The notes: generated by a model from the letters alone, not told the origin. Shown: positions 24,850-37,560, numbered from the whole stretch's first letter. The stretch: 53,626 bases of DNA, filler included, from Sphacelaria rigidula (GCA_964200075.2; 4 parts of 4 records of this genome joined end to end with filler, not necessarily neighbours in it); one strand, 5' to 3'. Made by a program: numbers and translations.

Positions 24850-25620
24850 TGAGGCGAGTAATCGAGATGCGGTCCAACACCTGGCGAAGGATCTTACTCT
24901 TACGTATTTTGTGTCCTTGCATCACCACCTCCAGACTGCATGCCGTGATCGATCCTACTTGAGTTTCGAGATACCGTATACTAGTGCTGCAGTTCCCTGC
25001 CGTCGCCGTCCCGACATTGAGATGTCACTCTCCGGATCCATCACCAGTCTTACCTCGCATAGGTGCTGTTTGCGTTGTTCTACGAAAGCGTCCAGTCCTA
25101 TACTCGGTTCTGCTTCTTGTGAAATAGGTGCAAGTCAGCTGAGAGATGTGCGTGGTTTTGCGTCGACACAGCAACTCGGAGAGGGAAGCAGCGTGTCAAG
25201 CAATGTGCGCTTGGTTCAAAGAGCCACTGAGCGGTGCTCACCCCACCTGACGCCATGCCTTGCAAAGCTTCGACAACATGTCCAGTAGCCATCCTCCTGG
25301 TTTTACGACCGCGTCGTGATCGCGTGGGAGATATGACGCTTCGGAAAGCGATGTCCTCTTTCAGTCACCTGCGTGAGTGGGTGACTATCTCCACGCTAAA
25401 CGCTTCGCCTCTGTTCAGCGAATCTTTTGAGGGACACCGGAAGTTAGGCACATTCCGCAGGGGCACGAACTACCCCGTGGCGCGTTTTGATGGCTGTGGA
25501 AAACCAAGTGAAAATCAGGACGCGAGGTCAACTGCCCGACAGATGTATGTATGTGAGTGCAGCATTACCTGAGTTGTGGGCAAGTTGATCTCCACCTCGT
25601 CCCATGGGTCTACCGCACGC
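24850..25620 (-). pseudogene. Highly decayed Gypsy integrase fragment (another family)
   Basis: Across frameshifts the minus strand reads VPQKIR.., LKEDIAF.., GGWLLDMLSKLCKAW, KPRTSL, GLDAFVEQRKQHLCEVRL, resembling an integrase core and downstream helix. Boundaries approximate. Confidence 0.55.
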
Positions 25621-26551
25621 CCCTACCTCATGACCGTTTGATGAGTGTTTGATCCTTGGGCCTCCTGCAACTGCATGTCAGCACATCTCGCCTGATATCT
25701 TTCGTCCTCGTTGACAAAAGAAAGCGGTCGCGCATCGTGGATAGTGTGGAGCCTACTGCTACATTTTCATGGAAAATGTGAACGAGTGCTAACATGTCGG
25801 CTATCATTTTGTTTAGAACAGCCGGCAGCTTCTTGTCATAGCTACGTGCATCGGGGGAACCTTACTCTGATCAGGGATGGTAGCGGAATAACGAGTGCCG
25901 CGCAAAGATTTAGAGTGCCGTCTCACATGTTAACCTTGCGCTACAACCTTACCGATATATAGTTACACCACCTTCTCTGATGTTTAGCAAAACCTCCATT
26001 GGCCGCGATTAGTGAAGCCGCTGTCGATGCTCGATCTCACCCGCTACCCCGAGCTGATTTTCGTTGCGCTTAGCAGTCGTCCCTGAAGTTTGCCACCGCA
26101 GGTTTCTCAGGACCGATGTACCTGGGGTCTACTTTCGTACATCAGGCAACGGCTCTCGCAAAATATTCGCCGAAATAAAACCATGAATGGACGAGTTACA
26201 TGCTTGCAACATGAAAGTAGCAATAGCAATAATAGCGAAGAAGACTGTAGAGTGAAATTGCCACGGGAAGTAGAGAGAATGTAACTGAAAATGTAGAAAG
26301 CGAGAGGAGAAAAACGACAGAAAATCAAGGGGTACCATACGGATTACAGGGGAACAAAAGGAAAAATGTAATAACACGTGAGTCAGTGAAAAGAGAAAAT
26401 TACGTAAATAATGCACCGTGGGCTACGACCACTAAATAACAGGGAAATCTATAAAATGAGGTTGATCAATGAAATAAGGTTTGAGGAGGCTAGCCAGTGT
26501 GCGACAAAAGCCCGAGGGAAGTACCGCCCGCAAGTGTCTTCGATCATTTTC

Positions 26552-26695
26552 GGGGAGGGGGGGAGCGTACTCATTTGTTGCTTGCGTTAGTCGTTTGACC
26601 ATTGACCTTTCGAGACGGGGCAGGGGATGCGTGGTCAGTGGTCAAACGACTAACAAGCAACAAGTGAGTACGCCCCCCCCCCCCCCCCCCCCCCC
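26552..26695. repeat. Head-to-head pair of a dispersed repeat forming a hairpin
   Basis: GCGTACTCATTTGTTGCTTGCGTTAGTCGTTTGACCATTGACC / GGTCAGTGGTCAAACGACTAACAAGCAACAAGTGAGTACGC, bounded by G-rich and poly-C runs. Confidence 0.9.
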
Positions 26696-26768
26696 ACCAA
26701 AAACAAAGCACGGAAAGGCGTCGGTCGTCGAGGTGTGTTTTGTGTGGTTTGGTGGGCGCCCGCGCCCC

Positions 26769-26868
26769 NNNNNNNNNNNNNNNNNNNNNNNNNNNNNNNN
26801 NNNNNNNNNNNNTTAATTAATTAANNNNNNNNNNNNNNNNNNNNNNNNNNNNNNNNNNNNNNNNNNNN
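26769..26868. other. Artificial contig linker
   Basis: N44-TTAATTAATTAA-N44. Confidence 0.99.
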
Positions 26869-29800
26869 GACGCCGAGACCTGTTTTCTCACGTTCCGACT
26901 CGGACTCAGAGAACATGGTAGTGCACCCGGCCGAGTCATTGGTTCCTGACGCGCATGTCAGTGAGCCCATAACGGTGGATTCCGTCGCACACCCCTCGCT
27001 GGCCCCTGCTCCCCCGAATCCCAATGTGCAATCCGGAGTAAGGATTGTGCCCTCAGTCGAGTCGTTGCCCTTGGATACACGTGTCCAGCTCGGCCCTACC
27101 ACGGTTGCTTCAACCGTGGCACCCCGTCGCTTGACGGCTGACCACTCTCGAGACGATTCTGTCCCGACGAAGCGCATCGCTTCTGGAGCAAGAGACTTTG
27201 TCACACGGGCTGCTTCCGTTACGGAACCCCTTCGCACGACTCTTGATAGTCCCATGCCCCCTACTGCGCAGTACAATGTCGAACCTGCAGTTGCGGCCAT
27301 GCATGCTGCCATGCAAACTCTGCATCGCACTTCCTCGGCGTCGTCGCCATCGCCAGCGCCAGCTCTCATCGAGGCATTCACGGCTTTTTGCCACGCCACG
27401 CTCCAAGACCAGTCGGCGTCTGCTCATGTGCAATTCCATAATGATACTGCACCTGCCACGCCCAAACCCGTACGTCTCGCGACCCGTTCGGCGACATCAC
27501 GTCTTCCGTTCGTCACTCATGATAAATTCAGCGAACATGAGTCCAGCCCTCCCTCAACGTCGCAGCAGAGTCATACTCGCGCTTCTGACCGGCGCCGCAC
27601 ACCGAGACTTGGTCGTGACCATGTTTCCCGTTCTAGCAGTTCTAAGGGCCATTCCCAGCAAAGCTTGAATTCATCGCGCGCTTCCACACGCCCGAAGAAT
27701 ATCGCTCATGGACACAATGGAGGCAGTTCACGCCATAGTTCCAATTCATCCCGCGCTCCTAAGCGTCCGGTGAATACTAACCATGGCCGTACTCACGAGG
27801 ATGCCTTGCGGCCCAGATCAAGTTCTTCGCGCGTTGACTCGCGATTGAACAACTCCGATCATTCTCCTTTGCGCACCTCTACTGCTCAGTCTTTGTCACA
27901 CACCCGTCATTTACGCAATGATAACACTGTACATACTGACGATATCCCAAACATATTTTCGGACATGTCACCGGCTCCGGAATCCTCAATTTCAGGATCC
28001 GACCACACTTCATCGCACAACCGACGACAACGCACTTACCACGAACAACCGTCCCGTTCCGACGCTGCGCTTATTCCTACTCTGCAACAACGTTTGACAG
28101 ATCTCGAACGGCTACTCGCGACAGCAACTATGGACGCCCAACGCACTACCGCTACTGCCAGCAAGACCATTCGCGCTCCCGCAGCTACTGCTGCCGCTAC
28201 CGCGAACAGGCCACGAGCAGAATAGCAACAACTGACTGCTGATTATGCGTCTCAGGAGCCTGCGCTGACGCAGGATATCCTCGGGAAACAACGCGACGCC
28301 GACGCCGCCGCCGCCCGCCTCCTTCTGGAGGAGCACGAGAGTACCCTCAAGGACCTCCAGCGGCAGGCCTCCCTTGCTCACTCCACGAGCACGGCGGCTC
28401 AACGAGCGCCCGACGAAGGCCGTACTGCGGCTACGTCGGCTCAAAGACGGGTTCGTCAACTCGAAGGTCATGTTCAGCGGACCGCCCAAGCAGCGGCTTC
28501 GTTGGCGGCCCGCCTAACTGATCACCAAGCCGCTCCGCCTTCCACCGACAACTTGCTCAGTCTCCACCAGCCGGCGCCCAACAGAGCGAAGTATGTCATT
28601 CCTCGCAAGTCCAACAGAACGTCGCCTGCTGCGGCCGCTGCCGCCGCCACGACGCCTCCGAGACCGCCGCGTCACGAAGTTGGCTCGGTGCCACACACAC
28701 CTTCTTCGCCGAACTTGCGACTGGTGTCTCACGAACGAGAATGGCTTTCTCGTCCTGTGTCGACCTATACCGGTCCCTTCGACCGGCGAAACCACCTGCA
28801 CTGCTCCCCAACCGCATTGGCCTTGATATCTCGACGTATTTTTTACACGGTTGGGGTGTATGTCGAACAGAACGGCTTTCTCCCCAAGGCAGGCGTGTCG
28901 GTGCTCACCTTGGTCCAACTAGTTTTGCAGACTACCGTTGGCGATCGCCGGGACCACCACACTTACGTTGAAGCGGTCGAGGAACGTTTTTCGGCGCTTC
29001 GCGCTGCCTACAAAACTCATTCCGGCGCTTACCTCAACGGAGACGAAGATGAAGATGGGTGGACTCCCGCAACATCCAACTGCCGGGAACCGAAGAAAAC
29101 CCATCAGCGCGACGACGATGATACTGATGGAGGGAATCCACGCCGCCGCCATGGCGGTGGAGGATCTTCTTCAAGCAGTTCCGGACCGAACCGCCCGCCC
29201 CGCAAGCCGAAAGGCAAGCACACTGGAGGCAACTCTTCCGGCTCATCCGCATCGGCCTGGAACCGGTCCGGTGCAGCTCTTCCCACCTTGGACTCGGAGA
29301 CCCCCAGGCAAGCGGTTGCTAAATTGGCTGATATTTCGGCCCGCATTTTAGGTTTGTCCGATACGGATCAACCTGACCGTCCTTTGTCTTCTACTGCAGC
29401 CCGCGCTTTAGCAACCGCCGCTGCTGACAAAGAACGTTCGGAAGCTTGCAAAAAAGCAGCTCCCGATAGCGCTGAGTCTGCCCGAGTAGCTGCAATACAA
29501 AGACAGTATATTCAGATGGATGTGGAAAACCTCTGGCACATAAAAACCATGCCTGCCGCATATAACGAAGATTCGGGCCAGTTTACTGCTGCCCTCATCA
29601 CGTCCATCCGCCGCACTGTTTGTAACATCCTTCACTTGTCGAGTGTGACTGGCATACAACGTTTCGAAGACTCAGACTGGGTAGAGGGCTGGCAGACTCC
29701 CTTGCACAAAGCAATGCATCGATCGATCAGCCGCCGCTCTCCCGACCTCGCTGCTTCTTTGACGCAGGACGGATTCCTCGAGCAGATGGATCCGGATCGT

Positions 29801-30857
29801 TCCCAAGGGAAGACAGGCCCGCAATCACTCTCTGATTTGGAAAGGCGTCTCATAGGCTCCTTTGACAAAAGTGATCAAGCCAGCGTCATCCAGAGGCTGA
29901 GTTCTTTTGTCGTCGCATCTGATGTCCCCTTCGCGGATTATCTCTGCGAATTTAAGCTTTTGGTTTCGGGTACGGTCGGTGTCGGACGCCAGAATGGACC
30001 GAGCGATGCAATATGTCAGACTTATGTCCACAATAGCGTTGCTCAACAGTATCCGACTCTGATGCCGTCATTGTTTCTGGGTGTCTTGGCACATCGCGAA
30101 GTGCCTTACGCCTCCCTTGATACTATGTGGTCTGCTTTTGTACACCAGGAGAGTAATCTAACACCTGCCATACGTGGCAAACCTTCAACGTCTGCGCGTT
30201 CACAACCTACGGTTGTTTCCTCCGCTCATGCCCAAGGGGCTCGCGGCAGGAATTCGAGCTCGTCTCGCGCTTCATGGAACCCCGACTCAGTCGCCGGTTC
30301 AGTTATGCATGTTCAGAGTACCAGAGATGCATTTAGCGCGAGTTTTGACGGTTGACCGTTTTCCGAGGAAACTTGGGATGATGTTTATCTGACTTCAACC
30401 ACGGCATTCATAACCGATAACCCATTTGTGGAACCCACTTATTTCGTCTTCCGCTAGACGCAATGCCTTTAGCAGTCATGCCAACAGTTGCGTTAACTGT
30501 AGTGTTCAAGGCCACAGCATGCGCGACTGTGACAGTCCATGCATCAATGCCTTTGATATCATGAACCATGAATTTCAGGACAATGATCCCACGTGGCGCC
30601 GATGGCAAAAGCGCATGCGCGATTATCGTCCACCACCTCGAAATTACCGCAGCAATTCGAACCAACGTGGCAACAAAAGCTCTAATCGCGGTCGCCGACA
30701 CAGCACCAATAACGGAAACCCTCGCCAGAATGATCAAAATCCACGCGACAACAAACGTTCCGCTGATAGACACCAGCGGACGGGACCGACACAAGTGTGT
30801 TCTAATCCCAACACCAGAAACCCTGGTACCTTCACTTCGGATCGCTTAGATCCATGA
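26869..30857 (+). pseudogene. gag: Very long gag-like region
   Basis: ORFs 26915-28225 and 28502-30355 share a frame (single TAG between). Ser/Arg/Pro/Ala-rich N-half, conserved core, CCHC knuckle CVNCSVQGHSMRDC at 30489-30530. Confidence 0.88.
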
Positions 30858-30917
30858 CGTGCCGACGCCGGCGTTGTTCGGTCTTCCACGCCGTCGATAG
30901 TACGAGCGGAGACGTTT

Positions 30918-31148
30918 TCAACACAGCCCGCGGAGTCCGTGTCAAAATTTGCTGACTCGACTGCCCCGGCACTATCCAGGAGCATGACTGACGGCCGTTC
31001 ATATCGACCCCCGTCTCGAACCTCCACACAATTTCAACACAGCCCACAGAGCCCGCGACTAAGACTATCCGCCCGGCTCTCCCGGCACTATGCAGGAGCG
31101 AATCTGACGGCCGTTCAAATCGACCCCAGTCTTCATCCCTCCACACAC
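30918..31148 (+). repeat. ~116-bp tandem duplication at the gag-pol junction
   Basis: TCAACACAGCCC...CCCGGCACTAT.CAGGAGC...TGACGGCCGTTCA.ATCGACCCC at 30918 and 31034; the same duplication is in copy 1 at ~16620-16845. Confidence 0.85.
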
Positions 31149-34100
31149 CGCGTAACCGTTGTGTCACTCCGCGACCCAGATTTACACCCGGCACTGACCT
31201 TGGTCCTTCAGTACCGAGTATAAGTCTGAGGTGTGGGAAGATCAACCGCCAGTCCCTGAGGCAACGGCTTCCCTCAGCGACCGCACGTACAGGTAGCGGC
31301 AAGCCTTTTTCAGCTGACCCAAGTGTTGCTGATTTGAACCTGACCACATCGGATCATGTAATTCCCAATCAGTTCGATCGGGCTCCTTCCCCGCGATTTT
31401 TAAAAGGCACGGACCTACCTTCGGCCGGTTTTATGAAGAACCGCCTCAACAGATCTTCGGCTATGCCCCAACAGCCAAACGTGCCTACGGAAAGCAGCCC
31501 ACAAGTTTCGCTCTGTCATGCCCCGATGCTGACCCCATCCACGCAACTGGACGCAGTTGTGGTATCATCCCCAAATGTTTTGCAAGTTCCCCGACCTTTG
31601 TCACGGCGAAAGAGAAAGCCCCGTGAGCATGCCCCCAAGGACGTGCGCGCATACTCACGTACACCTCTTTCGAGCAGAAATCCTCGACCTCAATCTCTCC
31701 AAAATGCGACGACTTTGAGCGCGACGGCTCTATCAAGTATCCCGGAAGAAACAAAATCACATGATTCTGACGGCACTACCTCTTCAAGCGACGACTCCAG
31801 CCCCGCACATCCTGGGTCCCCCTTTGACGGTGATCCCTGTCAACCAAAGACGATAATTTACGAAATCGCCCATGACCGTGCTACACCTGTCAATAATATA
31901 CCGCCCACCCCCTTCTCTGGTGAAACATCTGACTCACCGGCGGATCACCCGCCGTGCGTTTTTGCTGTCAGCCCCCCTAATTCTGACCAGTTTACCTTGT
32001 CCGGATCTTGTCGGCGGCAAAGTGTCTGTCGATCCGGCCACTTTTACTACTCGCGTTGCGATCCATGCCGGTCCAAACGCTATCATACGAAATGCGTATC
32101 CTTGTTGGACAGCGGCAGCCCGCAAACGTTTATTCGAGAATCAAAATGGAAAAACATGAAACAGACCGGTGCTGCTACTGCAGCTTGCGGAACCACCACC
32201 AAGCCTCGAGTGTGGGGCGGTTTCGGTGGTTCTGCCGCGCCACTGACGACCCGTAAATCTGTACGTCTCAGTGTACAATTCTTTCACAACACCGCTCGAT
32301 CTGCCAGCCTGGCAGTCTGGGCATACGTTGTCCCCGACAGCACCATGCATCACGCCATATTATTGGGCAGAGATAGCTATATGCGGTTTAATAAACGCAC
32401 CTACCGCATGCTTCCACCATTAACGCCACATTCCCCGCCGCGTGGAGAATTCAACCTCGAGCACTTCGGCACTCTCCACGGCGCCCTGGCTTATCAGAAG
32501 AATCCTCAAGCAACCGGAGCTGCTTACCACCTACGATATAACGGTAGTGTGGGTATAACACTCTCTGACGACCCGCAACTTCTTGAATTTGCACTAGTTC
32601 GCCGAAATGGCATGCCAGCACTTACGGGCCATTATCTTGCCGCAATATTACCCCGTATTGGCGCACCAGCCGACGCAGAACATTTTGTGTCGACGGGACA
32701 ACAACTCCTCCCTCTTACGGGACATGCTAACTTGGAACCCGGCGATGATTTAGGAATCGCCGCTGCTCCCCTGATGCACACCCACCTCGAGACGTGCGTC
32801 ACAGAGCTTGCCGCACCAAACACCACATCTCCGGCGGAGTCAGTACATTGTGTCGATGAACCTTACTTCGATCTCGCCTCTGCTACTCCACCCCAGGTCC
32901 ACACCATGGATCCTGCCCAGCCAATTTCTGATCCTCCTGCTGAAGTGCTTCAACGCTCATCACCAGATTCTCGGAATAGCTTCTTGCACATGTGGAACCA
33001 ACTGCCGCCACACATGCGCGACGTCAATTTTGACCTTCATGAGCCCGGCTGGGAACCGGCAGTCATCCAAGAACTCAGTGATGTCCTGCTACAGTACCAA
33101 GAGCGATTTTCCCGATCCAAGATGGATCTTGGGCATGGCAAAACATTGCCCTTTGAGGTTACCCTCCAATCCGGTGTCTCGCCGATCTCTTCTCGGCCAT
33201 ACCGTACCAATCCAATCCTTACCAAGAAAGTTAACGCCATCTCGGATGCGTATTTGGGAGCGGGACTAGTAATACAACATTCCTCCTCTCCTTGGGCCTC
33301 GCCACTTGTGGTCGTCCCCAAAAAGGATGGAAACATACGCATCACCGTGAATTATCAACGGTTGAACCGCGTCACTGTCGTCGGTAAACTTCCGATCCCC
33401 CGCATTGATGAAGTCTTCGACTCCTTAGGCGAAGGCAAAATATTCAGCACCTTCGACCTCGCTTCTGGATTTTTTCAGAATGCTATACACCCTGACACAG
33501 TCCCACTGACGGCTTTTTGCACCTCGTACGGACTCTATGAGTGGCTTCGCATGCCACAAGGCGCCGCCACTGCCCCGGGATGCTTTCAACGCTTAATGCA
33601 ACGCGTCACCGAGGGCGTCGAGCATATCATCATGTACTTGGATGACGCTATCGCTTTCGATGCCTCACCTATTGCACATATACGCACTCTACGCGAATTC
33701 CTCTCTCGCCTACGTACGCACGATTTGAAAATGTCTCCATCCAAAGCTCGCCTTGGCGCGACTGACTTGAATTTCTTGGGGTATTCCATTTCGCCAGCAG
33801 GCCTGCATCCAGATACAAAGTCAAGGCGATGACTCATTTGCCGATGCCAATTAACATTTCTCAACTTCGCTCATTGTTGGGTGGGCTATCCTACTACCGC
33901 AGTTTTTTGCCGAATTTATCGAAACGGATCCGCCTCCTTACTGAGCTCTCAAGAAAGGAGCCGTGTTTTCTTCCACCACAGAAATGGAGACTATCACCCG
34001 CGAATTACTCAAGACGCTCACCGAAAAGCCCGTACTTTGCTTTCCTGATTGGGAGGCAGTACAAGATGGCTCCCGCCTTTTCCAACTCCATACTGACGCC

Positions 34101-36690
34101 AGCACGAATAGTTTTGGAGGAGTTTTGAATCAACCTCAGGTTGATGGCTCTGTCCGACCCATCCTTTTTATCAGTCACGCTACCATGCCCAACGAGGCCA
34201 CTTGGAGCCCGCTAGAACTGGAAGGCGGAGTGATCATTTGGGCCATTAAGCGCCTTCGACAATACCTGTTTCACGTGCCCTTCGAGATCTAGATGGATCA
34301 TGGAGCACTTGAACAACTTGCCAAGGTTGGTGAACACAACCCTCGTGTACAACGATGGTTGGAATTTCTAACAGCATACCAGTATACCATTAAGCACCGT
34401 CCAGTCAAAACCAACGGGAACGCGGATCTTCTTTCCCTCCTGCCTCTGCCGCCTACGGCCGCAGATTCCAGCCCGGCTTTCCGTTTAACGGAACCCGATG
34501 AACCCGGAATTTACGCGATCAGACGTTTTTCAACGCCCGTTTATGCCCTCGACCTCCAGAGCCCGGAAACAGTTATGCATATGGGAGGACCTCGCCCTTT
34601 ACCATATGACCCCGTCTTGGGTGGGTTAACGCCCACTACCCCTGATTTTGTCGATTTTCGCGCTTCCGGCACTCGCGCGAAACTCTTCGCGGAGACACCC
34701 CCAGTCACCCACCTTCTCTCCGACAACACGCGTTCCTGGTCTGCCGCCCGCACCACACCGAGTGCCTTGCCGCCACCGACAACACCTACAACCTCTACGA
34801 GCCACCCGACACAAGTTCCGCGGATCAACACGCAAAGCTCCGCGAAACCTTCTGCACCGTGCGCCACGCGCCGCAGACAACCTTCGCCGCGCACTGAAAC
34901 AACGCCGCCGCCAATGACGGCGCCGCAAACATCTTCTGCCCCCGAGCACGGGACTGACGCCTCGTCTCCTGCTCCCGAGACAGATATTGACGTCGGCATT
35001 TCTGCCCCGTCGCCTATTCCCCCGCCGCCTGCCCTACCATGTTTGGTCGGCTCGCCAGTGGAAGGCCAACTACGCGAGTTCCTCGCCAGCGACTCCCACC
35101 GTGATTAGGCTCGTGAACAAAACGCAGAACCGCTATGTCGCGCAGCCATTCGGTACTTACAGCTTGACTGTCCAGTCCCGTTTCCGTCCACACTTCTGGC
35201 CCCGGTTGGGACACTGCCACCGCCAGTTATTTCTGACGTATACGAGCTCGTGCGTAAAGGCACACTTTTTACTACGGATGGAGGCGTGCAACTACTCGTA
35301 CGTCGGCCCACGCCCTTGACAGGCGCAATTGCCGCCTCAACTACGGGACGCACCGCTCGACTACTCAATGACGAAGCGACGCGCATATATGTGCCATCAT
35401 TAATGCGCCCCTGGGTCATGAAAGGCTGCCATACAGACTTGTCATGCCACCTTGGCGTCACCCGCACCCTCGCGCTTTTGGAACGCTTCTACTGGTGAGT
35501 CGGCATGGAATTTTCAACCCGCTTCTGGATTTGTCGATGCTTTAAATGCCAAGCCCGAAAAACTTCACGACAGACAGTACGCTGGCCCATGATCTCTATG
35601 GGACTCCCCGACGAGCCCGGCCACCTTGTGTCCTTTGACTACTTCGGCCCTCTCCCGACCACAGGTCGCGGCAACACCTATCTCTTACTCTTCACTGACC
35701 GCTTTAGCCGCAATGCGTCCATGTACGCGGTAACCGCCGCAGATTTTACTGCCGCCAGAACGGCCGACATACTGGTCCATGATTACATTAAGAACTACAG
35801 CTGCCGGAAGCGACTACCCTCAGACAATGGTCAGCAATTTTGTTCAGACCTCTCGGATGAGCTTTACAAGCTCCTGGGCATCCGCAAAATTGCCACGAGC
35901 GCCTACCACCCGGACGGTAACGGTGGTACCGAACGAGTTAATTACACCATGGCCCAGATGCTCTCCATGGTTGTCAATGACCGCCAAAATGACTGGGACC
36001 TACATCTCTCGCACATCATGTTATCCTACAAAAACTCGGTTAATGCCGCCACAGGCCTTTCTCTAAACGAACTCCATTTTAGACGCTGCCCTCGGCTGCC
36101 TCATCGTGTTCAAGCGACACACGTTCGACGGTCACCAAGGATTGGATCAGGATCAGATATCCTACAACGAGCTCGCACGTGCACGACAACGCAAAGCGTT
36201 CAACCTCGTGCGCGAACAACACGTTATCAATGCCTCGCGCCTGGAGAGATCTAACACTGCTCTCTACAACCTCATGCACAAACGACCTAACTGGAAAGTT
36301 GGTGATTGGGTTTGGGTCCACAACAGCTTGTCGACCATCCGCGAAGGCACCAGCGAGGCAGCCAACGAAACAGTTTTGAAGACAAAATTGTCCCTCAATT
36401 GGACAAGACCATTCAAGATCCTGACAGTCGGACCTTCGTCATCATCACCGGATGGAAAACCCGTTGGGGACAAACTGCTCTATGTCGACTTGCCTCACGA
36501 CTTCCAGGGCAAAGACACCAAGCCCCGCGTCTCCATGCACAGATGTAAACACTGCACGAACCCGCATGATACAAGCGACATGCCAAAATACCTGCCGGCC
36601 GGACTCACACAATATGTTCTCAACAGCTACTCGACTAAGTCCCCGCCCTACCACGTTACAACCGACGTGACGGAACAGCCCCTTCGGTTG

Positions 36691-36813
36691 GCGGTGTCCT
36701 CCATTTCCGGCCACCGGATAAACCGTGGCCGAGGAGGCAAGATCGCTGTCATGTATAAGACACACTGGGACGGTCTTCGGAGAGCGTCTTGGGAACGCGA
36801 ATCCGACCTGCAA
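36691..36813 (+). other. Chromodomain-like module of the integrase
   Basis: AVSSISGHRINRGRGGKIAVMYKTHWDGLRRASWERESDLQ fits the chromo pattern V..I..HR...Y..W.G....SWE.E.DL. Confidence 0.8.
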
Positions 36814-37014
36814 TTGCATCGTCGTGCAATCCTCCTTTACTGGACGCATTCCCAACATCAGCATCTTGCTCACAACAAGAAATATCGCAACATGCGCCGT
36901 GGCGCAGCAGCCCGCGAATTTCACCGCAACCAGGGACTACGCTTTGTCGCCGATGGTTACGAACTTGTACCCTCCAAAACTTGTAAGACGAACTTCTTTG
37001 CGAACCAGCGACTC

Positions 37015-37212
37015 CTGCCCAAGGGCAGCTACCTTTGGTTCAAAGGCAGCGACAACCTCTGGTGGTTGGGCCAGACCCACTCCGCTAATCTGGTTTCGGC
37101 CGACACATACACCGTGCGCTTCATCGATGACCCTGGACCCATACAGCTCAAGCTTCGGCCAGCGCTATACACCACCAGTTCATCTGCACCACGCGGATCC
37201 TGGTGTCTCCAG
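37015..37212 (+). other. PWWP/Tudor-like module at the integrase C-terminus
   Basis: LPKGSYLWFKGSDNLWWLGQT...DTYTVRFIDD resembles the PWWP pattern GdlVWaK..gyPWWPg....YlV.FfgD. Confidence 0.5.
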
Positions 37213-37560
37213 CGCCTCAAGTCCAAAGGACTTCGCCGCGGTCTCCAGCGCAACATCGACCACACCCACGACGTCCACCCCCCGCTTTGGAGCACGCTTC
37301 TTTGTCGCGACTGGAGCCCCACCCCCAATTTTTCCCGTAAGCATTGTGTGCCCCCCCCCTTCTCCACCAGGACCCTCTTCTACTACACAACAATAGCGCG
37401 GCCTACATCGAACGACAATCAAGAACTACTGCCACGACCGCTACTTACGACTACTGGAGCCACAGTATCCCCTTCATCTGGCTCTCGATCTCGTTGGATC
37501 ACCGATTTTCAGCTTTTCGATCTTGCATTTTTTAGCACTTTTTGAATTTCCCCAGGTTGA

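Larger units (their letters stand above)
31334..37545 (+). pseudogene. pol: pol (protease, RT, RNase H, integrase with C-terminal chromo and PWWP/Tudor-like modules)
   Basis: LLDSGS (~32102), YLDD (33635-33646), LHTDAS, HHCC (HTDLSCHLG...CFKC), DDE core (SFDYFGP, SDNGQQF, GGTERVN), GPF-like WTRPFKI. Stops at 34290, 35106 and 35496 plus frameshifts; the true end is probably near 37290. Confidence 0.95.
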
